Assembly: GCA_044226015.1 (NCBI GenBank) | Contig: JBGAHS010000002.1 | Span: forward strand, 915,435 to 979,434 | Length of the DNA stretch: 64,000 nucleotides | Origin: Candidatus Obscuribacteraceae bacterium | GTDB lineage: Bacteria > Cyanobacteriota > Vampirovibrionia > Obscuribacterales > Obscuribacteraceae | Direction: 5' to 3' | In this document: piece after piece, positions 56,051 through 64,000 of the stretch | Layout of the letters: each line of letters begins with the position of its first letter | Position numbering within the stretch: the first letter of the stretch is position 1 | Notes under the pieces: model-generated | Databases searched by the model: none | What the model was told of the DNA's origin: nothing | What the model saw: the letters and a program-made list of their open reading frames with translations, nothing else | Position numbers and translations under genes: made by a program

Positions 56051-56813
56051 CGATGTATGCCTCGTCAGATCGCTCTATTTCCTCACGGGTAACATACTGT
56101 ATTTCAGGAGCATCTTCTTTGCGCAAATAGTTCGCCTCTCCAGCGCCAGTGACGTAATGAGTGCAGTGTATTACGGACTGCATCCATTTCAAGCGACTGT
56201 CTCTCGTGGGACTGATTTGCCTTTTCTCAAACTTCACAGCAGGCACATCCACATAAACATCGCCACCTTCGTGAAGCTTGAAGGAACCGTCAGTAGCGTG
56301 TCGGGCACGAACAATCTCGCCGTCTTTTTCAATATCTACAAAAAACTCGTCAACATCACAGGCAGATTCACGAACTTCAGTATCACTAGACCTGAGCACT
56401 CTTACACCATCAAGAAGCCCCATCTTCGCGTACATTTCAAGACAGAACTCAGAAACAGTATTGCCCTGCGTCTCTTTGAACATGTTGATCAATTTGTGCT
56501 CAACATAATTCGGCAACTGTCCCGTGGTCTTGTTTTGCCAACCTTCAGGAATTCGCTTGGCATACAAAGGCGAGAATTTGCGTTGAAGCTTATTTTCAAA
56601 AGTGAAATTGAGCATAGCTGGCTCATTTGTTTTGCGATGTCGAACAACCGTTCTGGTCTCCCGGGGGTCATGATCACTATCATGATAAAAGAAAACTATC
56701 TCGCCCCCGATTTCTTGCTGAAGCTTTCGTGCTGTGAAAATTTTGGCAACGAGAAACCTCTTCGGAAAAAAGCCTGAGGGTTGCTGACCAAAACAAATGA
56801 TTGGAGAACTCAT
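56043..56813 (-). CDS. Compact BshC-like protein (256 aa)
   Basis: GQQ...K...VFFYHDSDHD and ISP...MQ...YVTGAGEANY correspond to the BshC motifs GQQ, EDHD and GPGEIAY; overlaps both neighbours. Confidence 0.72.
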   Translation of the reverse strand: MSSPIICFGQQPSGFFPKRFLVAKIFTARKLQQEIGGEIVFFYHDSDHDPRETRTVVRHRKTNEPAMLNFTFENKLQRKFSPLYAKRIPEGWQNKTTGQLPNYVEHKLINMFKETQGNTVSEFCLEMYAKMGLLDGVRVLRSSDTEVRESACDVDEFFVDIEKDGEIVRARHATDGSFKLHEGGDVYVDVPAVKFEKRQISPTRDSRLKWMQSVIHCTHYVTGAGEANYLRKEDAPEIQYVTREEIERSDEAYIDV

Positions 56814-58519
56814 TCGCTAATAACCCTTCCGCCATTACTTCTATCACCAATTGCCATTTGGAGTATCCAACTTAATACCACACAAATAGCGCAGCCAATA
56901 AGAGGATACCAGAGGTATGAGATGCTCAGAGTGAAATAAAGAATGAAAACAATTGATTGAGCAATCAATGCAGCCCAAAAGATAGCATTGCCACCAATTC
57001 TGCGGAAGAAGAATGCTACGACAAAAAGACCCAACATAACGCCATAAAAAATTGAACCAAGAATATTCACGGCTTGAATGAGGTTCTCAACAAGATTCGC
57101 ATAAAGCGCAAAAATTATCGCGAGCACTCCCCACAGGGCAGTAAAAATTCGCGTAACTCGCACGTAAGTGGCATCATTTTCTTTTGGGTTGAAATGCTTG
57201 TATATGTCGATGCTGGTGCTTGCTCCAAGAGCATTTAGCTCAGCAGCCTTTGATGATAATGCAGCGGCAAAAAATGCGGCGATCAAAAGGCCTATGACTC
57301 CGTGTGGCAATTGCTGCAATATGAATGTGATGAACACATAATCGGCATCATTTGCTTTTGCACCAGCTGTCTTACTGGAAATGATCTTAGAAGCTTCCGC
57401 TTTTATTGCGTTTGCTTTTTCTTGCGATTCCAACGCAAGAGCGAAGGACTTTTTCTCAGCTTCGAGATTCGATTCTTTGCGAGCTGCCACCCAATCTTGC
57501 AGGTTCAGCTTCAAGTCCTTGCGATTCTTCTTATAGCTCTGGTCCAAATTACCCAACTGCGGGTCTGCTGCATTTGCATCCATGAATCTCCTTGATGATG
57601 ACTCGAAGAACATCGGAGCTTCGTTAAACTGATAAAAAACGAACATCAAAACGCCAAGCATCAAAATAAAAAACTGCATCGGAATTTTGCATACTGCATT
57701 GAACAAAAGTCCCAGTCGACTTTCTCTCAAAGATGATCCCGAAATATATCTCTGCACCTGAGACTGATCCGTCCCAAAGTAGGAAAGCATTAGAAAGGTA
57801 CCACCAAGAAGTCCAGACCAAAAGGTATAGCGTTCTTGCAGATTCGGGTAAAAATTCACTGCATTCAATTTATGCATGCCGCCAGCCAGCGCGAGGGTTC
57901 CACCAAGGTCAAGCCCCGTCGGCATTTTAGAAATCAAAAGACAAGCAGCACTAATCATTCCTGCAAAAATGATCAGTAGTTGATACCGCTGCGTCACCGT
58001 AACTGCCTCGCACCCGCCCATGACTGTATAGGCGATAACAAGAAGCCCACAGCTAATAATCGTGGGGTTCAAGGGCCATCCAAAGACCGTTGTCAAAACG
58101 ATTGCCGGTGCATAAATTGTCAGCCCAGCACCAAGTCCCCGTTGCAAAAGAAACAGAACTGCACCGAGCAATCTCGTCTTAAAGTCAAAGCGTTTCTCCA
58201 GGTATTCATACGCAGTGTAGACATTCATTTTCCGAAACTTGGGGAGAAAAAATACCGAGATGATTATCAGCGCGAGAGGCACGCCAAAATAAATCTGAAT
58301 AAAGCTCAGCCCACCAAGATAGCCCTGACCAGGAGTGGAAAGAAAGGTAATAGCACTTGCTTGTGTCGCCATCACGGAAAGCCCGATTGCGTACCACGGA
58401 GTTTGGCTGCTACCTTTTAGATAACTGTTCAAATCACCAGGGTGGCGGGTTCTCCACATTGCGTAAGCCGCAATGCCAACTATAGTTCCAATCAAGACAA
58501 CATAGTCCAACGTGTTCAT
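56810..58519 (-). CDS. Sodium:solute symporter (SSS family)
   Basis: LSVMATQASAITFLSTPG, TAYEYLEKRF, GTDQSQVQRY; GGAG before ATG 58519. Confidence 0.92.
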   Translation of the reverse strand: MNTLDYVVLIGTIVGIAAYAMWRTRHPGDLNSYLKGSSQTPWYAIGLSVMATQASAITFLSTPGQGYLGGLSFIQIYFGVPLALIIISVFFLPKFRKMNVYTAYEYLEKRFDFKTRLLGAVLFLLQRGLGAGLTIYAPAIVLTTVFGWPLNPTIISCGLLVIAYTVMGGCEAVTVTQRYQLLIIFAGMISAACLLISKMPTGLDLGGTLALAGGMHKLNAVNFYPNLQERYTFWSGLLGGTFLMLSYFGTDQSQVQRYISGSSLRESRLGLLFNAVCKIPMQFFILMLGVLMFVFYQFNEAPMFFESSSRRFMDANAADPQLGNLDQSYKKNRKDLKLNLQDWVAARKESNLEAEKKSFALALESQEKANAIKAEASKIISSKTAGAKANDADYVFITFILQQLPHGVIGLLIAAFFAAALSSKAAELNALGASTSIDIYKHFNPKENDATYVRVTRIFTALWGVLAIIFALYANLVENLIQAVNILGSIFYGVMLGLFVVAFFFRRIGGNAIFWAALIAQSIVFILYFTLSISYLWYPLIGCAICVVLSWILQMAIGDRSNGGRVISE

Positions 58520-58658
58520 GAATAGAACTCCGTCAGTAATATCAGCAAACTGATCCACAGAATGAAAGCAAGAAACACAAAGCCATATACTGCTTTCCAG
58601 GTCTTTAGCAAAGGCAGTCCCGGGTTTTCATTCTCATCCAAAGTACTGCCCTCACTCT

Positions 58659-61208
58659 TCACTTTCCGATCGAAAGCATGTTTGCAAACAGCTTGTAGGC
58701 TCCAGGTACACCAGCGGGAAGTTCTCTGAAGAACACCAAACCGGTGTACATGTAATAACCTTTGCCGTAAGGTGCTATCAGAAGATTGCCTTTGACGGAT
58801 TCCTCGCCGACGTCGTTGCAGGCAAGAATGGCGGTAAAATGGCCGTCATACTTAGCTGGGCAATAAATTGATCGCTCTTGCACCCAACCGTCAAAGTCAC
58901 TCTGTGTAATTTTGTTGGGAAAATTTAAGACCGGATGTTCTGGTGCTAGAAAGGTGATCGGAGCTTTCTCGTCTGTCACGCGAGCTGCAGAAATCTCAAG
59001 GTCATATGGTGCAATTTTCTCCGCTTTGAGGTTATCGGGTCGATTGTATTGAACGATTAAAGTGCCACCATTTTTAACGTATTCGAACAAAATCGGAACA
59101 GCGGCACCAATGTTCTTCTTGACGTTAAAGGCTCTCACTCCGAGAACCACGGCGTCTACACCCTCTAATTGTTGAGCGTTGAGACCTGATTCATCGAGCA
59201 CTTTCACTGTATACCCAATCTCTCCTATGTTCTCAGGCAGACTGTCTCCCGCGCCGGCAATGTACCCCACAGTTTTTCCACGAAAGGCAATATTGGTACT
59301 GACTGCCTTCATCGATGCTTCCGGTTGCAACAATTGAACGGGCAAGTGTTCGTAACTAACTTCTGATCGGTGGTTTCTATAACTGACACCGTTCATGCTC
59401 GCTTCCGCGAGGATTCTAACAGTACCTTCCTTCTTTGGAGAGCTAATGTCGAAACTCAACTTACAAGTGTCGCCCACCTTCTCAAGTCGAAATTCGCGCT
59501 TCGATGGAATTGCCTTCCACCCAGAAGGAAGAACTAATCTTAAGGATCCTGCAGATTGCGAGCGTGAAGCAGTCATCTCAAGCTCGACAGTTCGTGTAGT
59601 ACCTGGCTTAAAGAGCACAACTTCTTTGCTGAAGTTCAAAGAAACTGGTGGTATTACATCAATTCGTCGAGTAATTTCTGCATTGGAAACCTTAGTTGCA
59701 TTGAAAGGCTCAACTTCAATATCGAGCCTGTGGCCCAATACCTCAAAACTGTCCACAACAGGGAAAGCTGCGGTATTTTCCGGGCTACCAATTAGTTCAT
59801 CGTCCTCAACTCCAAACAGCCCCGAAGTACCCTCCTTGCGAAGCCACCAGGGCTGTGAGAAGGCAGTTGAAACTGGAATACTTTCTACGGCTTCAAAACT
59901 GACTTCCTTGTCCCGCTCAAGGACCAGATGTTTCTTCTCCTCTTTATTCAGGCTCGGATACGTCGTCGAAACCCACACAACAGGCAAATCAGCTCGTAGC
60001 AATGCAGTATGAACTATTTTAATTGCCTCACCAGGAACAAAATTCTGTTGAACAGTTTTTGCATTCACTGTCAAACCTATACATTCTTGCAAAATCTTGT
60101 CTAACAACTTGCGTTTTTCAGCGATGATCGAGTCGTTCGATTTTAACGAATCGAGCTCAGTGCGCAAGTCTAAAATTGCAAGTGCGCTAGCAGCAGGGTT
60201 TTTCGCATCAAACTTAGCAATAATCGAATCGATTGCCTGCTGAATCTTATCTCCGCCTGGTACGCGGTGCCAGGTGGTGTCGACACCATCCATAATATCA
60301 TTTTGTGCTTGTTCACCATCGAGATTTTGAAAAGATTCCAGGCGCGGACCCGCACTAACATTCTTAAACTGGAATGCATCAAACCCCTGAGTCTTGTGCA
60401 TTGCTCGGCTCTTCGCAGCAATATCCATAAACGTCTCGGCGCTAACAGAATCAATTCCACCTACGTCGATCTTCAACGCATTTACGCCCACGGCTTTATC
60501 TTTTTGGAATGTCGAAATATTCCACATTATTCGTTTCGCCTGCCATGGCGCTAACTTTTGCTCTGGAAATGCCTTGGGGTCCGCAGCAGCCTTGAATGCC
60601 TCCAGGGCAAGCACAGTGGACGCCGTATGGTGCCCATGAGTACCGCCAGGGCTCGGAGAAAAGCGCGTGATGATCACATCAGGTTTGAACTTCCTGATAA
60701 TGCGAACCACATCGGAAAGTACTTCTTGTTTATTCCAAACTTTGAGAGTCTCAGCATAATTTTTCGAGAAACCAAAATCAATCGCGCGCGAAAAGAACTG
60801 TTGTGCACCATCTAACTTTCTTGCTGCAAGAAGTTCTTGGGTACGGGCAACACCGAGCTTCGCGCCCAAATCGGCTCCCAAGACATTCTGCCCACCGTCA
60901 CCACGAGTCAGCGACAAATATGCCGTACGATAATCACGCCCACGAGACAAATAAGTCAGCAACTCGGTGTTTTCGTCATCGGGATGAGCAGCTATGTATA
61001 AAACACTGCCCATTTTTCTAAAGCACTCGAGCTCATGCAAAATGGCGGACTGCCTGCTATGCACAGCCACACTAGTTTCCTGATTCATTTGGGCTCCCAG
61101 AGTCATATTCGACGCGAACGGCGACATGCACAAAAGCGCAGAGACAAGTGCATGCCGCCAGTTAACGCAGACTAGCTTTTTCCATTTAGTGGAGTGATTG
61201 GATTTCAC
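58659..61208 (-). CDS. Exported large PIG-L/LmbE family deacetylase with Ig-like (NEW3-like) and class I glutamine-amidotransferase-like domains
   Basis: Signal-like N-terminus; AHPDDE, TRGDGGQN, HGHH; C-terminal GGTLIVQYN, FRELPAGVPGAY. Confidence 0.85.
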   Translation of the reverse strand: MKSNHSTKWKKLVCVNWRHALVSALLCMSPFASNMTLGAQMNQETSVAVHSRQSAILHELECFRKMGSVLYIAAHPDDENTELLTYLSRGRDYRTAYLSLTRGDGGQNVLGADLGAKLGVARTQELLAARKLDGAQQFFSRAIDFGFSKNYAETLKVWNKQEVLSDVVRIIRKFKPDVIITRFSPSPGGTHGHHTASTVLALEAFKAAADPKAFPEQKLAPWQAKRIMWNISTFQKDKAVGVNALKIDVGGIDSVSAETFMDIAAKSRAMHKTQGFDAFQFKNVSAGPRLESFQNLDGEQAQNDIMDGVDTTWHRVPGGDKIQQAIDSIIAKFDAKNPAASALAILDLRTELDSLKSNDSIIAEKRKLLDKILQECIGLTVNAKTVQQNFVPGEAIKIVHTALLRADLPVVWVSTTYPSLNKEEKKHLVLERDKEVSFEAVESIPVSTAFSQPWWLRKEGTSGLFGVEDDELIGSPENTAAFPVVDSFEVLGHRLDIEVEPFNATKVSNAEITRRIDVIPPVSLNFSKEVVLFKPGTTRTVELEMTASRSQSAGSLRLVLPSGWKAIPSKREFRLEKVGDTCKLSFDISSPKKEGTVRILAEASMNGVSYRNHRSEVSYEHLPVQLLQPEASMKAVSTNIAFRGKTVGYIAGAGDSLPENIGEIGYTVKVLDESGLNAQQLEGVDAVVLGVRAFNVKKNIGAAVPILFEYVKNGGTLIVQYNRPDNLKAEKIAPYDLEISAARVTDEKAPITFLAPEHPVLNFPNKITQSDFDGWVQERSIYCPAKYDGHFTAILACNDVGEESVKGNLLIAPYGKGYYMYTGLVFFRELPAGVPGAYKLFANMLSIGK

Positions 61209-62065
61209 TTCTTGAGGCTTTTAATTAGGTCAGCATTGAGTTTTACAAAACTGGGGTCACTAGCTTTCTCAGCCAGCTCACTCGACTGCTTTGCGGCCGC
61301 AATCGCACCTTCTTTATCGCCAAGCTTTGCTAGAATCTCGGCTTTCAAATAAACCATATAATGAGCTTCTCGTTCGGCAATTGCTTTGTCAACCCATTCC
61401 TTGGCTTGCTTCAAATCTTGCCCATGATTGTAATAAAACATGGCCGCCTGATAGTACGGCTTTTGCTTCGCATCTGAAGCCATCACTTCTTTGATTTGCG
61501 AAAGAACCTTTTCTGTCACATCAACTTCAATCTTCACTGGTACTCTGGTTTTGTCCCAGCTGAGATCCATCTCGGCTGACTCATCGCGCAAATTATCGAA
61601 GTCGATGGTGAAACTCTCAACAGCCTGAGATAAATTGACCGGCTTAGCTTTAATTCTGGCAAGGTCACCTTTCTCATCGTATTTGTAGGCGCCCCACTGG
61701 TCAGACCCTTTGTTTATGATTACCGTCCATTCGTCCTTTCCAGGAATAGTCATCAAGGCATAGGTTCCTGCCGGTATCTCTGTTCCGTTAAGCTTAACTG
61801 CAGTACTGAAGGTAATCTTCGTAGCTTTGTTAGCCCCGGTTCTCCAGACCTTTCCGTAAGCGATCATGCCACCAAAAATTTCGCGACCTTTTACACTTGG
61901 TCGGGAATACTCGATTTCTACATCGGTTAGTCCAACGCGCTGTTTGATGGTGCAAGCAGGACTTGGAGCAGGAAACTCAACTTTAGGAGCATCCGCGTAG
62001 GCTCCTGCAGCAGAACCAGCGAAGCAACAAAGTGCAAAAGCTAAAGACAAATTCTTTAAGTTCAT
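61205..62065 (-). CDS. Exported DUF2911-domain protein with TPR-like tail
   Basis: Signal peptide; PSP, YSRP.VKGR.IFG, VWRTGAN..T, WG; GTGA overlap with the PIG-L gene. Confidence 0.88.
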   Translation of the reverse strand: MNLKNLSLAFALCCFAGSAAGAYADAPKVEFPAPSPACTIKQRVGLTDVEIEYSRPSVKGREIFGGMIAYGKVWRTGANKATKITFSTAVKLNGTEIPAGTYALMTIPGKDEWTVIINKGSDQWGAYKYDEKGDLARIKAKPVNLSQAVESFTIDFDNLRDESAEMDLSWDKTRVPVKIEVDVTEKVLSQIKEVMASDAKQKPYYQAAMFYYNHGQDLKQAKEWVDKAIAEREAHYMVYLKAEILAKLGDKEGAIAAAKQSSELAEKASDPSFVKLNADLIKSLKK

Positions 62066-62376
62066 AACTCTTCCTATCTCGTTTCCAATAAAAACGATTG
62101 CCGGTGAACAACAATGAGATAGTACTACCGACATGAGGTACCGATTACACAGTTTTGCTGAAAATTTGCAGAGCATCTAGCGACTTGAATAACTAGTGTG
62201 CTGACAACAAGAAATGATCCTTCTGAGAATTCCCATATTCACTGCCAGCAACAGCATTTAAGAATTGACCATTGATGGGTCTACAAACAATTTTTGAAAA
62301 ACAATTAAACAGAGCAAACTGTCACATTCAGACCTAATACTTCAAAAACAAAGACGGTATCAAAACCTATACCTGC

Positions 62377-63999
62377 TCAGCCAACCAGCTTTCTAGAGGA
62401 TTCATCGCTCAGCTCGGCGGTTTCATTTTTTGATTTAGATTCTGCATGTATTGGAAATTTGAACCAGAATGTACTGCCACCACCATCGGTGGCTCTCACA
62501 GCTATTTCTCCCCTATGCGCTTGCACAATAGCTCTGCAAATTGGCAATCCTAAACCCGTACCTTTTGTTCTTTTATTGCTGGAACTATGAGCTTGGGAGT
62601 ATTTTTCAAAAATTGCTTCTTCATAGCCTTCAGGAATGCCCGAGCCATGATCAATCACCCGCAATTCGGCGAAAGTACCATCCACAAACGTGACAAGCTC
62701 TACTTCACTATCATCGTCTGAAAATTTAATCGCGTTTGAAAGTAAATTGACGATGACTTGAACTATACGATCAGGGTCAGCGTACACATCCCTTTCATCG
62801 GCGCTGCCATCATATTTCAAGCGAACGCCTTGCAGTTCTGCAAAACCGCGCACGGACTCAATTGCACGCTCGACGATTTCGGCAAAGCAGACGTTCCTAA
62901 ATTTCATTGAGAGCTTTCCTGCTTCCATTTTCTCCATGTCGAGAAGATCATTTATTAGCAAGATTAGCCTCGATATGCCGACCTCTGCGCCTTTTATTCT
63001 CTTTTCTGCCACGGGCGTTATAGGTCCATAGGTTCCATTTAAAAGAAGGTCGAGAGTCATTTCCAGCGAGGTCAGCGGGGTGCGCAGCTCGTGTGAAACG
63101 ACGGCAACAAACTCCTGCTTCAAGCGCTCAACTTCTTTCCTGTCTGTAATGTCGTGCGCTACACAAAAGAAAGATTGCTCTTCTTCAGACCATCGAATTG
63201 ACCATAAAGTAAAGATCGGACGTCCATCGCTTGCCAGAACTCTGTTTTCCAAATTGAAAAGAACAGCAGAGCCCCGATTTTTTTCCAGACCATCTTTGAA
63301 TTTTTCGACATCATCTTTGAACAATAAATCCGAAACGTGCTTTCCGATCAGCTGCTCTGGTTGAATACCCCAAACCTGTTGGGAGGCAGGGTTCATAGCA
63401 CTAAAAATACTGTCTTTGCTGATTGAACAAATCACATCCACAGCATTGTCTAAAATAGCTCGTTCTTTTCTTGTTGCTTCAGCCAGGTCTTTTGCCATCT
63501 GATGAAAGGTTCTATCAAGCTGAGATATTTCATCGTCACCGGCAAGCTCAGGCAATAACTCCTCTTTTCGCGAAAGACGCAGTGTGTTGTCCATCAGCAA
63601 GCCTAGCCTGGAAGTAGTGCTGCGATTAAAGTTTATCGTCAGGAAAGCTCCGATGCCGATAGCGGCAGCAACTCCAAATAGAATCCAGGCTTTAACGAAA
63701 GCGCGAGTTCGGGCTTCTTCGGCTGAATTAATGCGATGCTTTGAAGTTTCGTGAGCTACAAGTTCTTCAAGTTTCGCGGTGAAGGCAGCACCAACCATAT
63801 CAAGTTGCTTGTATAAGAGCCCCACTTCCAGCTCGCTAAGCCGCTCTTCTCCTGCGATATGGCGCTCATATCTGCTCATGAGATCCATTCCGGTCAATGA
63901 TATCTTCTGCAATTTTTCAAGTTGCTTTACTTCAACACGATCATCGCCCATCAAGTTCCTGAGCTCAGCAAGATTTTGGTTCGTTCTCTTGATCTTCTC
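62377..63999 (-). CDS. Sensor histidine kinase (TM-HAMP-PAS-HisKA-HATPase), 5' end outside window
   Basis: SHELRTPLT, NLLSNAIKF, DHGSGI, GTGLGL; frame open to the window edge. Confidence 0.95.
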   Translation of the reverse strand, partial: EKIKRTNQNLAELRNLMGDDRVEVKQLEKLQKISLTGMDLMSRYERHIAGEERLSELEVGLLYKQLDMVGAAFTAKLEELVAHETSKHRINSAEEARTRAFVKAWILFGVAAAIGIGAFLTINFNRSTTSRLGLLMDNTLRLSRKEELLPELAGDDEISQLDRTFHQMAKDLAEATRKERAILDNAVDVICSISKDSIFSAMNPASQQVWGIQPEQLIGKHVSDLLFKDDVEKFKDGLEKNRGSAVLFNLENRVLASDGRPIFTLWSIRWSEEEQSFFCVAHDITDRKEVERLKQEFVAVVSHELRTPLTSLEMTLDLLLNGTYGPITPVAEKRIKGAEVGISRLILLINDLLDMEKMEAGKLSMKFRNVCFAEIVERAIESVRGFAELQGVRLKYDGSADERDVYADPDRIVQVIVNLLSNAIKFSDDDSEVELVTFVDGTFAELRVIDHGSGIPEGYEEAIFEKYSQAHSSSNKRTKGTGLGLPICRAIVQAHRGEIAVRATDGGGSTFWFKFPIHAESKSKNETAELSDESSRKLVG

Positions 64000-64000
64000 T

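Overview
Chromosomal window with no rRNA, tRNA, transposase, integrase, phage or cas genes that I can recognise. Gene content suggests a non-photosynthetic cyanobacterial relative such as Vampirovibrionia/Obscuribacterales (inference from a PlmA-like GntR, an FHA protein and giant exoproteins with FecR-like C-termini; there is no marker gene here). The left flank (1-13 kb) has an S41 protease, a PiT/DUF47 phosphate pair and a bioF-bioH-like-bioC-bioD-bioA operon without bioB. The centre (13-51.5 kb) is dominated by four giant proteins forming two paralogue pairs. Pair 1 is a ~2600 aa protein with a ~1700 aa coiled coil and a ~1950 aa protein with transglutaminase-like and nuclease-like motifs. 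They share a ~340 aa C-terminal module ending in a signal-peptide-like tail, and a near-identical start-codon context. Pair 2 is two haemagglutinin-like beta-helical exoproteins (one PGRS-like glycine-rich) that share an N-terminal domain and a FecR-like C-terminal domain. An ogt-ada/alkA pair and a VIT/vWA membrane protein lie among them. The right flank has a bacillithiol-like cluster (DUF2911, exported PIG-L deacetylase, Na+/solute symporter, half-size BshC, BshB1, BshA) and a partial sensor kinase. Non-coding signals include a small-ORF/sRNA-like module at 3.05-3.35 kb, tandem repeats downstream of genes, a structured region at ~52 kb and a shared 19-bp box. All family calls are by-eye motif recognition, not database searches.
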